Positions 1 through 8,415 of a stretch of 64,000 nt of DNA are shown piece by piece. The stretch lies in IMG/VR virus record IMGVR_UViG_3300021197_001654, positions 9,694-73,693 of that record; one strand, 5' to 3'. The position numbers and the translations under genes were made by a program. The notes under the pieces were generated by a model, which did not search any database, was not told the origin of the DNA, and was given only the letters and a program-made list of their open reading frames with translations. Position 1 is the stretch's first letter, and every line of letters starts with the position of its first letter. The stretch is from a virus.

Positions 1-879
1 CTGCGCGGCAGTTAGATCCTCTCGAGGGATACTCACCGTCTGACCTCTAGTGTTACCCTTGCTAAAGCCCTCCGCAGCCCCCAATCGATCGCTAAAGCCC
101 TCCGCAGCCTCCAATCGATTACGTATCTGCGGGATATCCATATCTGCTAGCTTTTGCTTGAAAGAATCAACTGCTGGTTGCATATCGCCAATTGCGTAAC
201 GTTCATCCTCAGGGTCATCGAGTTTGCGCTCAATGTTTCGGAGCCCCGCCTCGATACCTATCGCCTTACGAGTATCTACATCATGCGGAAGAAGCGAATC
301 CATCGGTGAGGTAGGAGCCTGCAGCGTCGAAGGCTTTACGCCCTCGATCTTCTCAGTGTAGTCAGGAGTCAAAGCCAAGTCCAACTCAAACGGATCGGAT
401 TTGCTGCGAGACGCGGCCTCGAATATTTTTCGCCTGTAGCCTCGATCAACGCTTTGCAGTTGAGGTGCGAAGCCTTCAGGGCCCCGGACCACTTTACCCG
501 TAGCGTCGAGAGGAACCGCACCGTGTCGCAGCAGGTCGGACCCCCGCGCTCGACGTTTATCGTCTTCGGCAGCTTTTTTCTCCGTACGAGCATATTCCTC
601 TTCTATCGAACGCCGCTCAGCTTCGGTCTTTGTCTGGGCAAGCTTGGCCTCATGTAATTCTCTGCGCTTACGTCTCCGAGCCTCCGCGCTGTTCGCTGCT
701 TCGTTGCTCGCAACCTCTTCGGGAGTCGGCTCTGCCGGCCCGAGAAAAGCGCCATCGCTCTCATCCGAGCCGCCGCCACTACTGCTACCGCCACCGCCAC
801 CGCCACCGGAATTACCGCCGCCAGACGTTACGGGTTTAGGTGGGCTGATACTGTGATTTCTTTTAGAGCTACGTCGCAC
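1..879 (-). CDS. Partial virion/ejection-type protein, runs off the window start; not in ORF track
   Basis: Manual translation is open from GTG 879 (GAGG 5 nt upstream) to base 1: VRRSSKRNHSISPPKPVTSGGGNSGGGGGGSS...ELHEAKLAQTKTEAERRSIEEEY... Confidence 0.75.
   Translation of the reverse strand, partial: MRRSSKRNHSISPPKPVTSGGGNSGGGGGGGSSSGGGSDESDGAFLGPAEPTPEEVASNEAANSAEARRRKRRELHEAKLAQTKTEAERRSIEEEYARTEKKAAEDDKRRARGSDLLRHGAVPLDATGKVVRGPEGFAPQLQSVDRGYRRKIFEAASRSKSDPFELDLALTPDYTEKIEGVKPSTLQAPTSPMDSLLPHDVDTRKAIGIEAGLRNIERKLDDPEDERYAIGDMQPAVDSFKQKLADMDIPQIRNRLEAAEGFSDRLGAAEGFSKGNTRGQTVSIPREDLTAAQ
61..120. repeat. 30-bp tandem repeat x2 inside CDS (RL[E/G]AAEGFS)
   Basis: gctaaagccctccgcagccYccaatcgatY occurs twice. 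Confidence 0.95.
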
Positions 880-1210
880 TAGAGCCTCGATTTTTTTGAG
901 CGAACAAAAAAGCTTCCCCAAGCTCAACCAGATTAGAACTTGGTGCGGGGCTGATTTGCGTAGACTCACTTAACGAATTTGCATAAGGGTTAGGCGTGCC
1001 CGTTATCGCGGCCATCGCCCCGCCCATTTGCTTTGTGTGCGCATCCCGGTCAAACCCCTCTCGCTGATAAAATCTGTTTCCCGCCGCGTCTTCCGGCTTA
1101 AATATCGAACTGCCGTCCTCCCTCTTAAAAAGAGACCTGCGTTTCTTCAAAGACTCGGCAGCCGCACCCTTATCAAGGCTTACAGCGAGTGGATTCTCTT
1201 CTACGTTCAT
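869..1210 (-). CDS. Hypothetical protein, possibly the N-terminal part of the downstream ORF
   Basis: 113 aa; ATGA-coupled to upstream gene. Confidence 0.65.
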   Translation of the reverse strand: MNVEENPLAVSLDKGAAAESLKKRRSLFKREDGSSIFKPEDAAGNRFYQREGFDRDAHTKQMGGAMAAITGTPNPYANSLSESTQISPAPSSNLVELGEAFLFAQKNRGSSAT

Positions 1211-4050
1211 GGAGTCCCCTTAAATAGATCACGCCTAGCTTTTAGCGCTTCGAGCCCCTGAAGGTCGAAATTAATCGGGTTACCCACTGGAGGGGTCGAA
1301 GGGGGTGCCGTCGGAGGCGCTCCCCCTGCTCCAGGAGCGATAACCCCCGATGGTTTTTTCGCCTCATCTGCGGGAATATCCAACTCATTTGAGGTATCGG
1401 AAACTGGTGTAGGCGGGCTAACGCCGCCGCCCAGAGGGGCCTCGACTCCCCGAAGCATAATCGCAAGGTTCTTACGTCTCTGCTCTTGATCGGCGCCACT
1501 CAACGATGTCGATAGCTTCCGCTGTGCCGCAGCCCGTTCTGCGTCCGTCATCGGAGTGACCGTTTTAGGCGTAACGCCGGCAGCCGCAGCCATCCTGTAG
1601 TACGCTGCCACGCGCTTCCCCGCGTCCTTGTTGTTTAGCGTCACTGCATTCTGTGCCGCCTTAAACGCTTGGTCTCCATCTTGCGCGAATACAGCCTTCG
1701 GGTCTTGGGGCACGGGGGTTACAGGAGGTTTATTTTCCTCCGCGTTAACGGCGGCCACTTCTTCAATACCCGCGATAACACTTTCCTCAGACGTCAGCTT
1801 GTCCGTCGAAGGTGCATCAGTTCTGGGGGGCGCAGTATTTTCCGCTGCGATTTCTTCCGTCGTCTTAGGTGGCGCGCTAATGCTCACAACCTTTAGGCCG
1901 CCAATATTATATTCTTCGCCCCGAGACCTGCCCGCAGACGCGTCAAACTTCACGTCCGCGACTTCAAGACCCAAGGATTCGGGAGTGATCGCCTCGAGCC
2001 TTGAGGCGCGAACACCGTCGAATGTAGCGAGATACTTGGGATCATAATCGGGCTCACCCTCAAAGCTCTCCACGCCAAAGTCAAAATTGTCCCCTTTAAG
2101 GTCCTCGGCAGTGATAAATCTTGCCTTCCCATCCGCGTTCTCCGGATCGTCAGGATCGGCATCGTAAATAACAGCGCGACGTGACTCAGCAGCCATAACC
2201 TTCGAGTACAGATCAAATCCTGGGAGGGAGCTTGAGTCAGGGTCGCTTTCAACCGGGGTCAGAACAGGTTTTCCCTCGTCCGTCAGGTCGCGCAAAAATA
2301 CCTGGCCGTCAGATGTGACCAGGTATTCCTCGCCGTCTACAACCCGTGCCGTGATCTCACCGCCAGAAATTGCTTCCTCCCGCCGCGCATTGTACTCATC
2401 CTCACTGAGGAACCTTCCGTTATCGAGAATAAAACTGCCTTCGACCATCGCCGCCTCTTCTTCTGAGAGGGGAGAGGAGCCGCTGACCCGCGAGACCGCC
2501 GCAGCTATGTCGGCCTCTGAGTTGCGGTGCAGCCTGTTCGCCCGACGCGTTAGCTTCGAAGCCCTATCGGGAATCTCACTAATCAACTCCACCTCACCGT
2601 TCTCGGCGATATCCTTTGTAATTAGTAGGGGCGGACCCTCAGCTTGAGTAATCTTCATCGTCCCCGGAGGATCAAACGCGTGATGCTTTAGACGCTCACC
2701 CTCGTACACCTTACCGTCGATCGTGACCCGAATAATCTCGCCGGTACCGATGCTCCGGAATCCGTAGTTACCCTCACCCCGCTTAAGCTCCCTCTCGAAA
2801 GCTCTCCGGGCAGGCATGTCATCGCGGCCTGGAATATAAGTGCTGAGGTCGACGTTACCATTAGCGTCCGTATCCACACGGCCGAGGCTTGTAAATCCAT
2901 GGTCGGCCGCCCACGCCCGGTACGCCGTACTGGTTGTCGCCTGAGCTAGCTCCATCTGTGCTTCGTCGTATTGCGCGGGGCGCATCTGACGTAGCATCTC
3001 CAGATCTCGAAGACCTCGATCACGCGAAGCCTCTACGCTTTTGACGGTCGCCAGATCATCCAAAATCTGCTCTGCATCGTCAACGTCTATTCCCCCGTCG
3101 TTCGCCAACTCTTCCATGGCAGTTGTCCGGTCACGAATAGCGCTCAGACTCTTCATATATTCGTCCGGCGTCAGGTCAGTCTTCATAAGATCGGCGGATC
3201 GAAGATTAATGTCATCCTGTGCATCTGATAGTTTAGCCATCGCCTCGTTGTGAGGCTGTCGGTACGTGTTGTATCGACTGAACAAGTCCATGCCCCTACC
3301 ATCCGCAGTCCTGTCCGCAAATAGCTGCGCAACCTCATTCTCGTCGCGCAAGCCCAACCTCACAAGCGGGGAATCGGAGAGCGAGCGCTGGTTACCATTC
3401 TCGTCCAGGCCCTCACCCTTAAGCGCGGCCATGTTGGTTATTACCCCATTCTCCATCTCAAAAATAGCTCCGCCGCCGGGCAGAGCTTTCGCATCCTCAT
3501 TCAGAGACTTCAGAACTTGTTCGAAACCGTATACGTTCCTTGCCTCACTCAATTTGATGGGTTTAGTCGCGTTAAAAACATCTGGGTTAGAAAGCAGGTC
3601 CAGTTGGGCCTGGAGCTTCGAGACTCCCGACGCCCGTGAAGCTCCCGACTGACTCAACAACGTAGCTAGCATGTCGTCGTTCGGCTGCTTCTGGGCGTCA
3701 ATAAGCTTCCCTAAGTCACGCGCAACTTTCTTCGCGTCCGCTGAAATACTCCTCGCCAAAGCCGTGTTTTTAGTATCCATCGCCTTTTTGATGGAGAGAG
3801 ATAGTTTAGTCTGGCCGTTTCGATAGTCGAGTGCCATCTCAAGATCAGACCGACTCATCTTGTACAACTGCTGGTTCGCCATTCGAATTTCGATGGCTAC
3901 GCCCTTCTCGAGCTTCATGATGTCGAGGAACCCTAGATCCGAAGCAGTTCGCTTAACCTGATTCGATGTCAGGTTGTTGACCGACTGCCCATGCTGATAG
4001 GCAGATGCCAGCTTTACCATATCGATTGTGGGTACGTTAGTAAAACTCAT
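1207..4050 (-). CDS. Putative internal virion (DNA ejection) protein, 947 aa
   Basis: Large helical/charged protein with Pro-rich tail, downstream of nozzle and fibre genes as in podoviruses. Confidence 0.55.
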   Translation of the reverse strand: MSFTNVPTIDMVKLASAYQHGQSVNNLTSNQVKRTASDLGFLDIMKLEKGVAIEIRMANQQLYKMSRSDLEMALDYRNGQTKLSLSIKKAMDTKNTALARSISADAKKVARDLGKLIDAQKQPNDDMLATLLSQSGASRASGVSKLQAQLDLLSNPDVFNATKPIKLSEARNVYGFEQVLKSLNEDAKALPGGGAIFEMENGVITNMAALKGEGLDENGNQRSLSDSPLVRLGLRDENEVAQLFADRTADGRGMDLFSRYNTYRQPHNEAMAKLSDAQDDINLRSADLMKTDLTPDEYMKSLSAIRDRTTAMEELANDGGIDVDDAEQILDDLATVKSVEASRDRGLRDLEMLRQMRPAQYDEAQMELAQATTSTAYRAWAADHGFTSLGRVDTDANGNVDLSTYIPGRDDMPARRAFERELKRGEGNYGFRSIGTGEIIRVTIDGKVYEGERLKHHAFDPPGTMKITQAEGPPLLITKDIAENGEVELISEIPDRASKLTRRANRLHRNSEADIAAAVSRVSGSSPLSEEEAAMVEGSFILDNGRFLSEDEYNARREEAISGGEITARVVDGEEYLVTSDGQVFLRDLTDEGKPVLTPVESDPDSSSLPGFDLYSKVMAAESRRAVIYDADPDDPENADGKARFITAEDLKGDNFDFGVESFEGEPDYDPKYLATFDGVRASRLEAITPESLGLEVADVKFDASAGRSRGEEYNIGGLKVVSISAPPKTTEEIAAENTAPPRTDAPSTDKLTSEESVIAGIEEVAAVNAEENKPPVTPVPQDPKAVFAQDGDQAFKAAQNAVTLNNKDAGKRVAAYYRMAAAAGVTPKTVTPMTDAERAAAQRKLSTSLSGADQEQRRKNLAIMLRGVEAPLGGGVSPPTPVSDTSNELDIPADEAKKPSGVIAPGAGGAPPTAPPSTPPVGNPINFDLQGLEALKARRDLFKGTP

Positions 4051-4063
4051 CTTAAATCACCCC

Positions 4064-4840
4064 TTAGTTTGGTGTAGGTGAAACCGTTTCATCTTTCGAC
4101 AACCACTTACTTAAAAAGCCCTTCTTGTTCGGATCTTCGGGCCCCGAAAAAGCCCCCATCATTGCGGCTGACGTAAGAGTATTTCCGGCGATACCGGCCA
4201 TTCGCTCACCCATGCTCGGGGTCTGCAGCATCATCGAAGGTACGCTAGACTGAAGCCCCCCCAACATGCCGGCGTAAGCTTGAGTCGTCCCTCGATCGGC
4301 CGCTTGCTGCTGGGCGCCAACTTGCTCACCCAAGCGCTCGGCATCAAGACGGCTCTTCCCCGTCTCGCCCATCAACTGCTGCGTCAACTCACGCTTTAAG
4401 CGCTCCCTGCGCCCAGAGTAACGAGGCATCTGAGCCGCTCGGTCAAGGTCGGCAAAGGCGCTCTTCATCGCTGCCTGCCGCTGCCGCATACCCTCTTCGC
4501 TAAACGCCCTTACTCGTGTATCACTAAAGCCGTAGTCCCCCTTCTCGAGTCGCTTCGTCGCTTTCCTCGCTTCGGGACCGAAATACCTTTCAATCGACGC
4601 TTTTCTCTCGGCCTCTTGCTTTTTCTGCAAGGCCATCGCCTCTTTCGCACGCTTATCAGCCTTATACGCCCCCCAGATGCCTACGGCAGCGCCCAGGCCC
4701 AGAGCTATACCACCGAGAAGCGGAAGAACGGCAAAGGACACTTCAGGGTTAGGCGGACCTCCACACACAGCACTGAAGACGTAAAACGACAGTAGCCCCA
4801 ACCAGCAGATGGGGTGTATGCGGGGGAAGAGAATGCTCAT
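4064..4840 (-). CDS. Putative small ejection/pilot protein with Gly-rich hydrophobic N-terminus and coiled coil
   Basis: LLGGIALGLGAAVGIWG then Q/E/K/R-rich helix; position in tail module. Confidence 0.55.
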   Translation of the reverse strand: MSILFPRIHPICWLGLLSFYVFSAVCGGPPNPEVSFAVLPLLGGIALGLGAAVGIWGAYKADKRAKEAMALQKKQEAERKASIERYFGPEARKATKRLEKGDYGFSDTRVRAFSEEGMRQRQAAMKSAFADLDRAAQMPRYSGRRERLKRELTQQLMGETGKSRLDAERLGEQVGAQQQAADRGTTQAYAGMLGGLQSSVPSMMLQTPSMGERMAGIAGNTLTSAAMMGAFSGPEDPNKKGFLSKWLSKDETVSPTPN

Positions 4841-4862
4841 AACGAAACCTCAAGCCGATAAA

Positions 4863-5780
4863 TTATAACAAGTTTAGTACGCGCGCGTTCCGGACACCAA
4901 GGCTTAGTTTACCCACAAGGTTAAAATAACCCCTGCCCGATACCGCCCCCTGAAGAAAAGACCCCTTATTTTTAAGGAACACTGCGGCCCCCTCAGGTAG
5001 GGCGATTGAGCACTCTAGATAGATCTCATGATAACCCTTAGACAAGCTTGTCATATGGTGCAAATCAAACTGCGTCGCCGTATGCGCTTCAGACTGAACA
5101 TATTGAGCCCGTGCAGGCACCGGGTCCTCATCCTCAAACACAAAGAATCCGTACTCTTCGGTATCTGTTCTTTCCTTCAAGGCCTCCTCGACTCCATGGC
5201 CCGGCCCGGTCTCACCTACAGGCTGCGGCGCCCCAGGGGACAGAGGATGAAACATGTTCTGACCTAAAATTCTATTGCTGCCCGAAACAACCGAGTCGTC
5301 TAACTTGCAGCGGAGACGTATCGGCGTGTTGATATTCGAATGACTCTCACCTTCAGCGTCCCGGTAGCTCCCCCGCCAAGCGTTGTAGCTTACAAAAAAC
5401 GACCACTGCATCAGAGATACTGAAGTGTCATACGGCTGATACCAACGAACCGTGCAGCCGGGGACCACAAAATAATTCGTCTCCGACACAGTCTCAGCAA
5501 CGCCCGTACCGTAAATAGTCGACGTATCCAAGACCGAGCCTATCCGGGCAAGCGATGCTTGTTCCGGCTGAATGTGCTCAGCTTTGAGTTGAAAGTTGGC
5601 GTCTAGATTCTCAACCGAGAGTCGGCCGTTCGCGCTCGACATTAGCCCGCTGTCTTTGTCCTCTGACTTTAACCGCGCATACGTTGACACCGGGTAAGCG
5701 TCATTAAAATTACTAAACGAACCCGTGTCTAAAAGATCTTCTCCTACAGTCGGTAGTGTCGGCAGGGTAATTTTAGGCAT
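4863..5780 (-). CDS. Putative tail appendage protein
   Basis: 305 aa, beta-rich; ANGRLSVENL resembles the fibre-anchoring segment of the neighbouring gene. Confidence 0.5.
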   Translation of the reverse strand: MPKITLPTLPTVGEDLLDTGSFSNFNDAYPVSTYARLKSEDKDSGLMSSANGRLSVENLDANFQLKAEHIQPEQASLARIGSVLDTSTIYGTGVAETVSETNYFVVPGCTVRWYQPYDTSVSLMQWSFFVSYNAWRGSYRDAEGESHSNINTPIRLRCKLDDSVVSGSNRILGQNMFHPLSPGAPQPVGETGPGHGVEEALKERTDTEEYGFFVFEDEDPVPARAQYVQSEAHTATQFDLHHMTSLSKGYHEIYLECSIALPEGAAVFLKNKGSFLQGAVSGRGYFNLVGKLSLGVRNARVLNLL

Positions 5781-5787
5781 TAGATCC

Positions 5788-8415
5788 TCACTTCGTTACT
5801 TTGATCGCGCTTAATTTAGCTCCGCCCCATCGAACTGTTACACCATCTAGAATGTCGCGGCCTCCGACGGGAGACGCCCACTGAAATGGTAGATCTTTGT
5901 CTCCCGTAACAATATCTAAGCCTCCAGGAACTATTGATGACGGGACGGTAACAACTTCACCGTACTTCCGAACTTTGAGCGGCCCGTAACCCCGCATCCA
6001 AATATCCGGAACATACGAACTAACAAACCCACCAATCTCGGTAATGTCTAAGTCGACGGTAGTTGTGTTCTCAATAACCAGCATGACCGGTATATTAACA
6101 CCCAAGTTACTCGGAAATAATCGGTCTCCCCGACCGTTAGACTTACCCTTAGGGCCGAGTGATTCGAAAAACCCAGGAAGGATACCCGCCGGCATCGCTG
6201 TAATTTCCCCGTTATGGTACAACTCGGTCAGATCACTGCGATCGTAACCGTCCCAGTCAGATGGTACCTCCCAGAAATTTTCTGTCGCGACACCGTGCGC
6301 CGTCATAGGAATCACGTCGCCGTTGTTATCGAACAACGGACTGCGGTTCGTCCAGTTGAACGAATTTGTCAGCGTAGGGACTGCCGCTTGACCGATCTTC
6401 CAAGAGCCGCCCTGCTTGTAACCAATCGCAAAAGACGCGAAAAGATCAAGATACCTCTCCGCCAATAAGTAGCTACCGTACTTACTGTAAAGCTCCCGCG
6501 TAAGAATTCCGCCGCCCGCGAGACCGCTGTTCATAAAGACACTCGTCCGGACATAATTCGCGCCCGTAGAGTATATCGGATGGATGCCTAGCAACTCTAC
6601 ATCCATCATGAGTATCAATTTTTCAGACGGCTTAACCGACAGACCAGACGCCGCGAAACCCAGTTTACTCGGACCATTATTTAACTGAAACCAACCTACG
6701 TTATTTTCGTCGAACTCCGCGTCCGACCCCGGATACCAGCCATCGCTAGAACTCGTCAGAATATTGTTAGTCAACGACAGATCATCGGGGTGGGGTAAAA
6801 TTGCTTTGGACGTGTTTGCGTGCTCACCATGGGCTTCGTAACGACCTGTAAATTCGTTGATCTCAATATCAGGAGAAAGACTATCTGTCTCCGAGTACAC
6901 GACCTTAGACGGTAGGTACTCACTCGAGAAAACGTTAGTCCCGATATTAGACCCCTGTACGCTATTAAGCGTGGAAGCTAAGATATCACGAGAGCCCGAA
7001 ATATTATCATTCGTCAACTTGTCTTCAGGCATAAATCCTGGAGTCTCGAAACGACTAAAATCAGTCAGTGGCGAGGCGTTGTCACCCGCAGAATCTTGCC
7101 TGATAGCATTTATAGGCAAATCAAACGCAAGCATCCTTCGGGAAAAGACGCCGACCACGTCACCCTTGACGAACATATCGCTCTTAGGCTCAAGTCTGCG
7201 GGCGACTAACTCAATCGTATGATCTCCCGGCTCAAGGCTGACCACCGCCCCGAGGCGAACAGGCATTACTTCCGGACCATAAGCGACCGCACGAGTTGAC
7301 TTTAGCTTCTGACCCGGAGCTTCCCCCGCTGTGTCGGGGTCATAGAAGCTCGTTCCCACGAAACTCTTCTGACCAAATATTGTCCCCAGCCAGGAGTCAG
7401 AAACACTCAATCCCAACCCGATGAGCACATCTCCCAAGTCACCATCTCCCTTTCTCGGAGTACTGTTCGTCACCTGGAGGCCGTGCGCAGACTCCTCAAA
7501 AGGTAGTCGCTTACCCGTAATGGTCTCCTCTAGAATCTTACCATCAACGCGAATCGCAAATTGAATTCGGCACGGCGTATGACCTTCGGATATATGGTGA
7601 TACCCCTGACGGTTAGGTTTCGCATATTCCTCATCAGGGTAGATATCTTCGTTTAAAGGCCACGAGTAAGACTCGTCTTGTAGGTTAAGATTGTCTAAGC
7701 GGTTCTCGGTAGCCTCATTAGGTAGCGACTCCCATTTGGCCGACGGGTAGAAATTGTTGAGCGCCGTAGCCTCGTCTAACGCCAAGTTAGCTTGAGAATT
7801 ACCGGCCCAAGTGCTCCTAAGTCCGTCACCCGGCTCAGGTGCGTCGAGGACCTCAACCCCAGTAAACTTCCGATCGCCGGGAACATAAGGCGACTTATAC
7901 TCGAAAAAACCCTGCCATATATACTGCGCGTAAGCACAAACCCAAACTTGAGTCTGACCCGACACGAAGTTGATTTGCTGGGAGCCGCTTAAGTCTGCAT
8001 TCTTAACAGCCGTCCAGGCCCCGGAGTTCGGTATGATGGAGGGGTAGCCATCGGAGTCGGTGCCCGCATAAGTTCGCCGAAACGTCGCCTCGTCTAACTT
8101 CACAAAGTTCGGTGGCGGACGGAATGTGTAGTCGTCGACTAAGAATCCCGATTGCCCGTAAACCGGGTACGTACTCTCAATTTGAGTCGTATGGACATTA
8201 AAGTAGGCCCCCTCAGCCACGCACGGACCTGTTGTCTCCGGCGTTACACTAGTCGGGCCGGGCCTCAAGTCGTTCTTAAGACTATTCGCATTAAAATTTG
8301 TGCGGTCAAGGTTTGCCGCTAACAAATCATGCACCGGCTGAATGTCTTCGTTAAAATCTGAGGGGTCTAAAATATCGCGAGTCCGGAGGAATCGACGGGG
8401 AAAAATATGAGGCAT
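5788..8415 (-). CDS. Putative tail fibre/spike protein, 875 aa
   Basis: N-terminal DILDPSDFNEDI...NLDRTN anchor-like helix, beta-rich body, follows nozzle gene. Confidence 0.55.
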   Translation of the reverse strand: MPHIFPRRFLRTRDILDPSDFNEDIQPVHDLLAANLDRTNFNANSLKNDLRPGPTSVTPETTGPCVAEGAYFNVHTTQIESTYPVYGQSGFLVDDYTFRPPPNFVKLDEATFRRTYAGTDSDGYPSIIPNSGAWTAVKNADLSGSQQINFVSGQTQVWVCAYAQYIWQGFFEYKSPYVPGDRKFTGVEVLDAPEPGDGLRSTWAGNSQANLALDEATALNNFYPSAKWESLPNEATENRLDNLNLQDESYSWPLNEDIYPDEEYAKPNRQGYHHISEGHTPCRIQFAIRVDGKILEETITGKRLPFEESAHGLQVTNSTPRKGDGDLGDVLIGLGLSVSDSWLGTIFGQKSFVGTSFYDPDTAGEAPGQKLKSTRAVAYGPEVMPVRLGAVVSLEPGDHTIELVARRLEPKSDMFVKGDVVGVFSRRMLAFDLPINAIRQDSAGDNASPLTDFSRFETPGFMPEDKLTNDNISGSRDILASTLNSVQGSNIGTNVFSSEYLPSKVVYSETDSLSPDIEINEFTGRYEAHGEHANTSKAILPHPDDLSLTNNILTSSSDGWYPGSDAEFDENNVGWFQLNNGPSKLGFAASGLSVKPSEKLILMMDVELLGIHPIYSTGANYVRTSVFMNSGLAGGGILTRELYSKYGSYLLAERYLDLFASFAIGYKQGGSWKIGQAAVPTLTNSFNWTNRSPLFDNNGDVIPMTAHGVATENFWEVPSDWDGYDRSDLTELYHNGEITAMPAGILPGFFESLGPKGKSNGRGDRLFPSNLGVNIPVMLVIENTTTVDLDITEIGGFVSSYVPDIWMRGYGPLKVRKYGEVVTVPSSIVPGGLDIVTGDKDLPFQWASPVGGRDILDGVTVRWGGAKLSAIKVTK

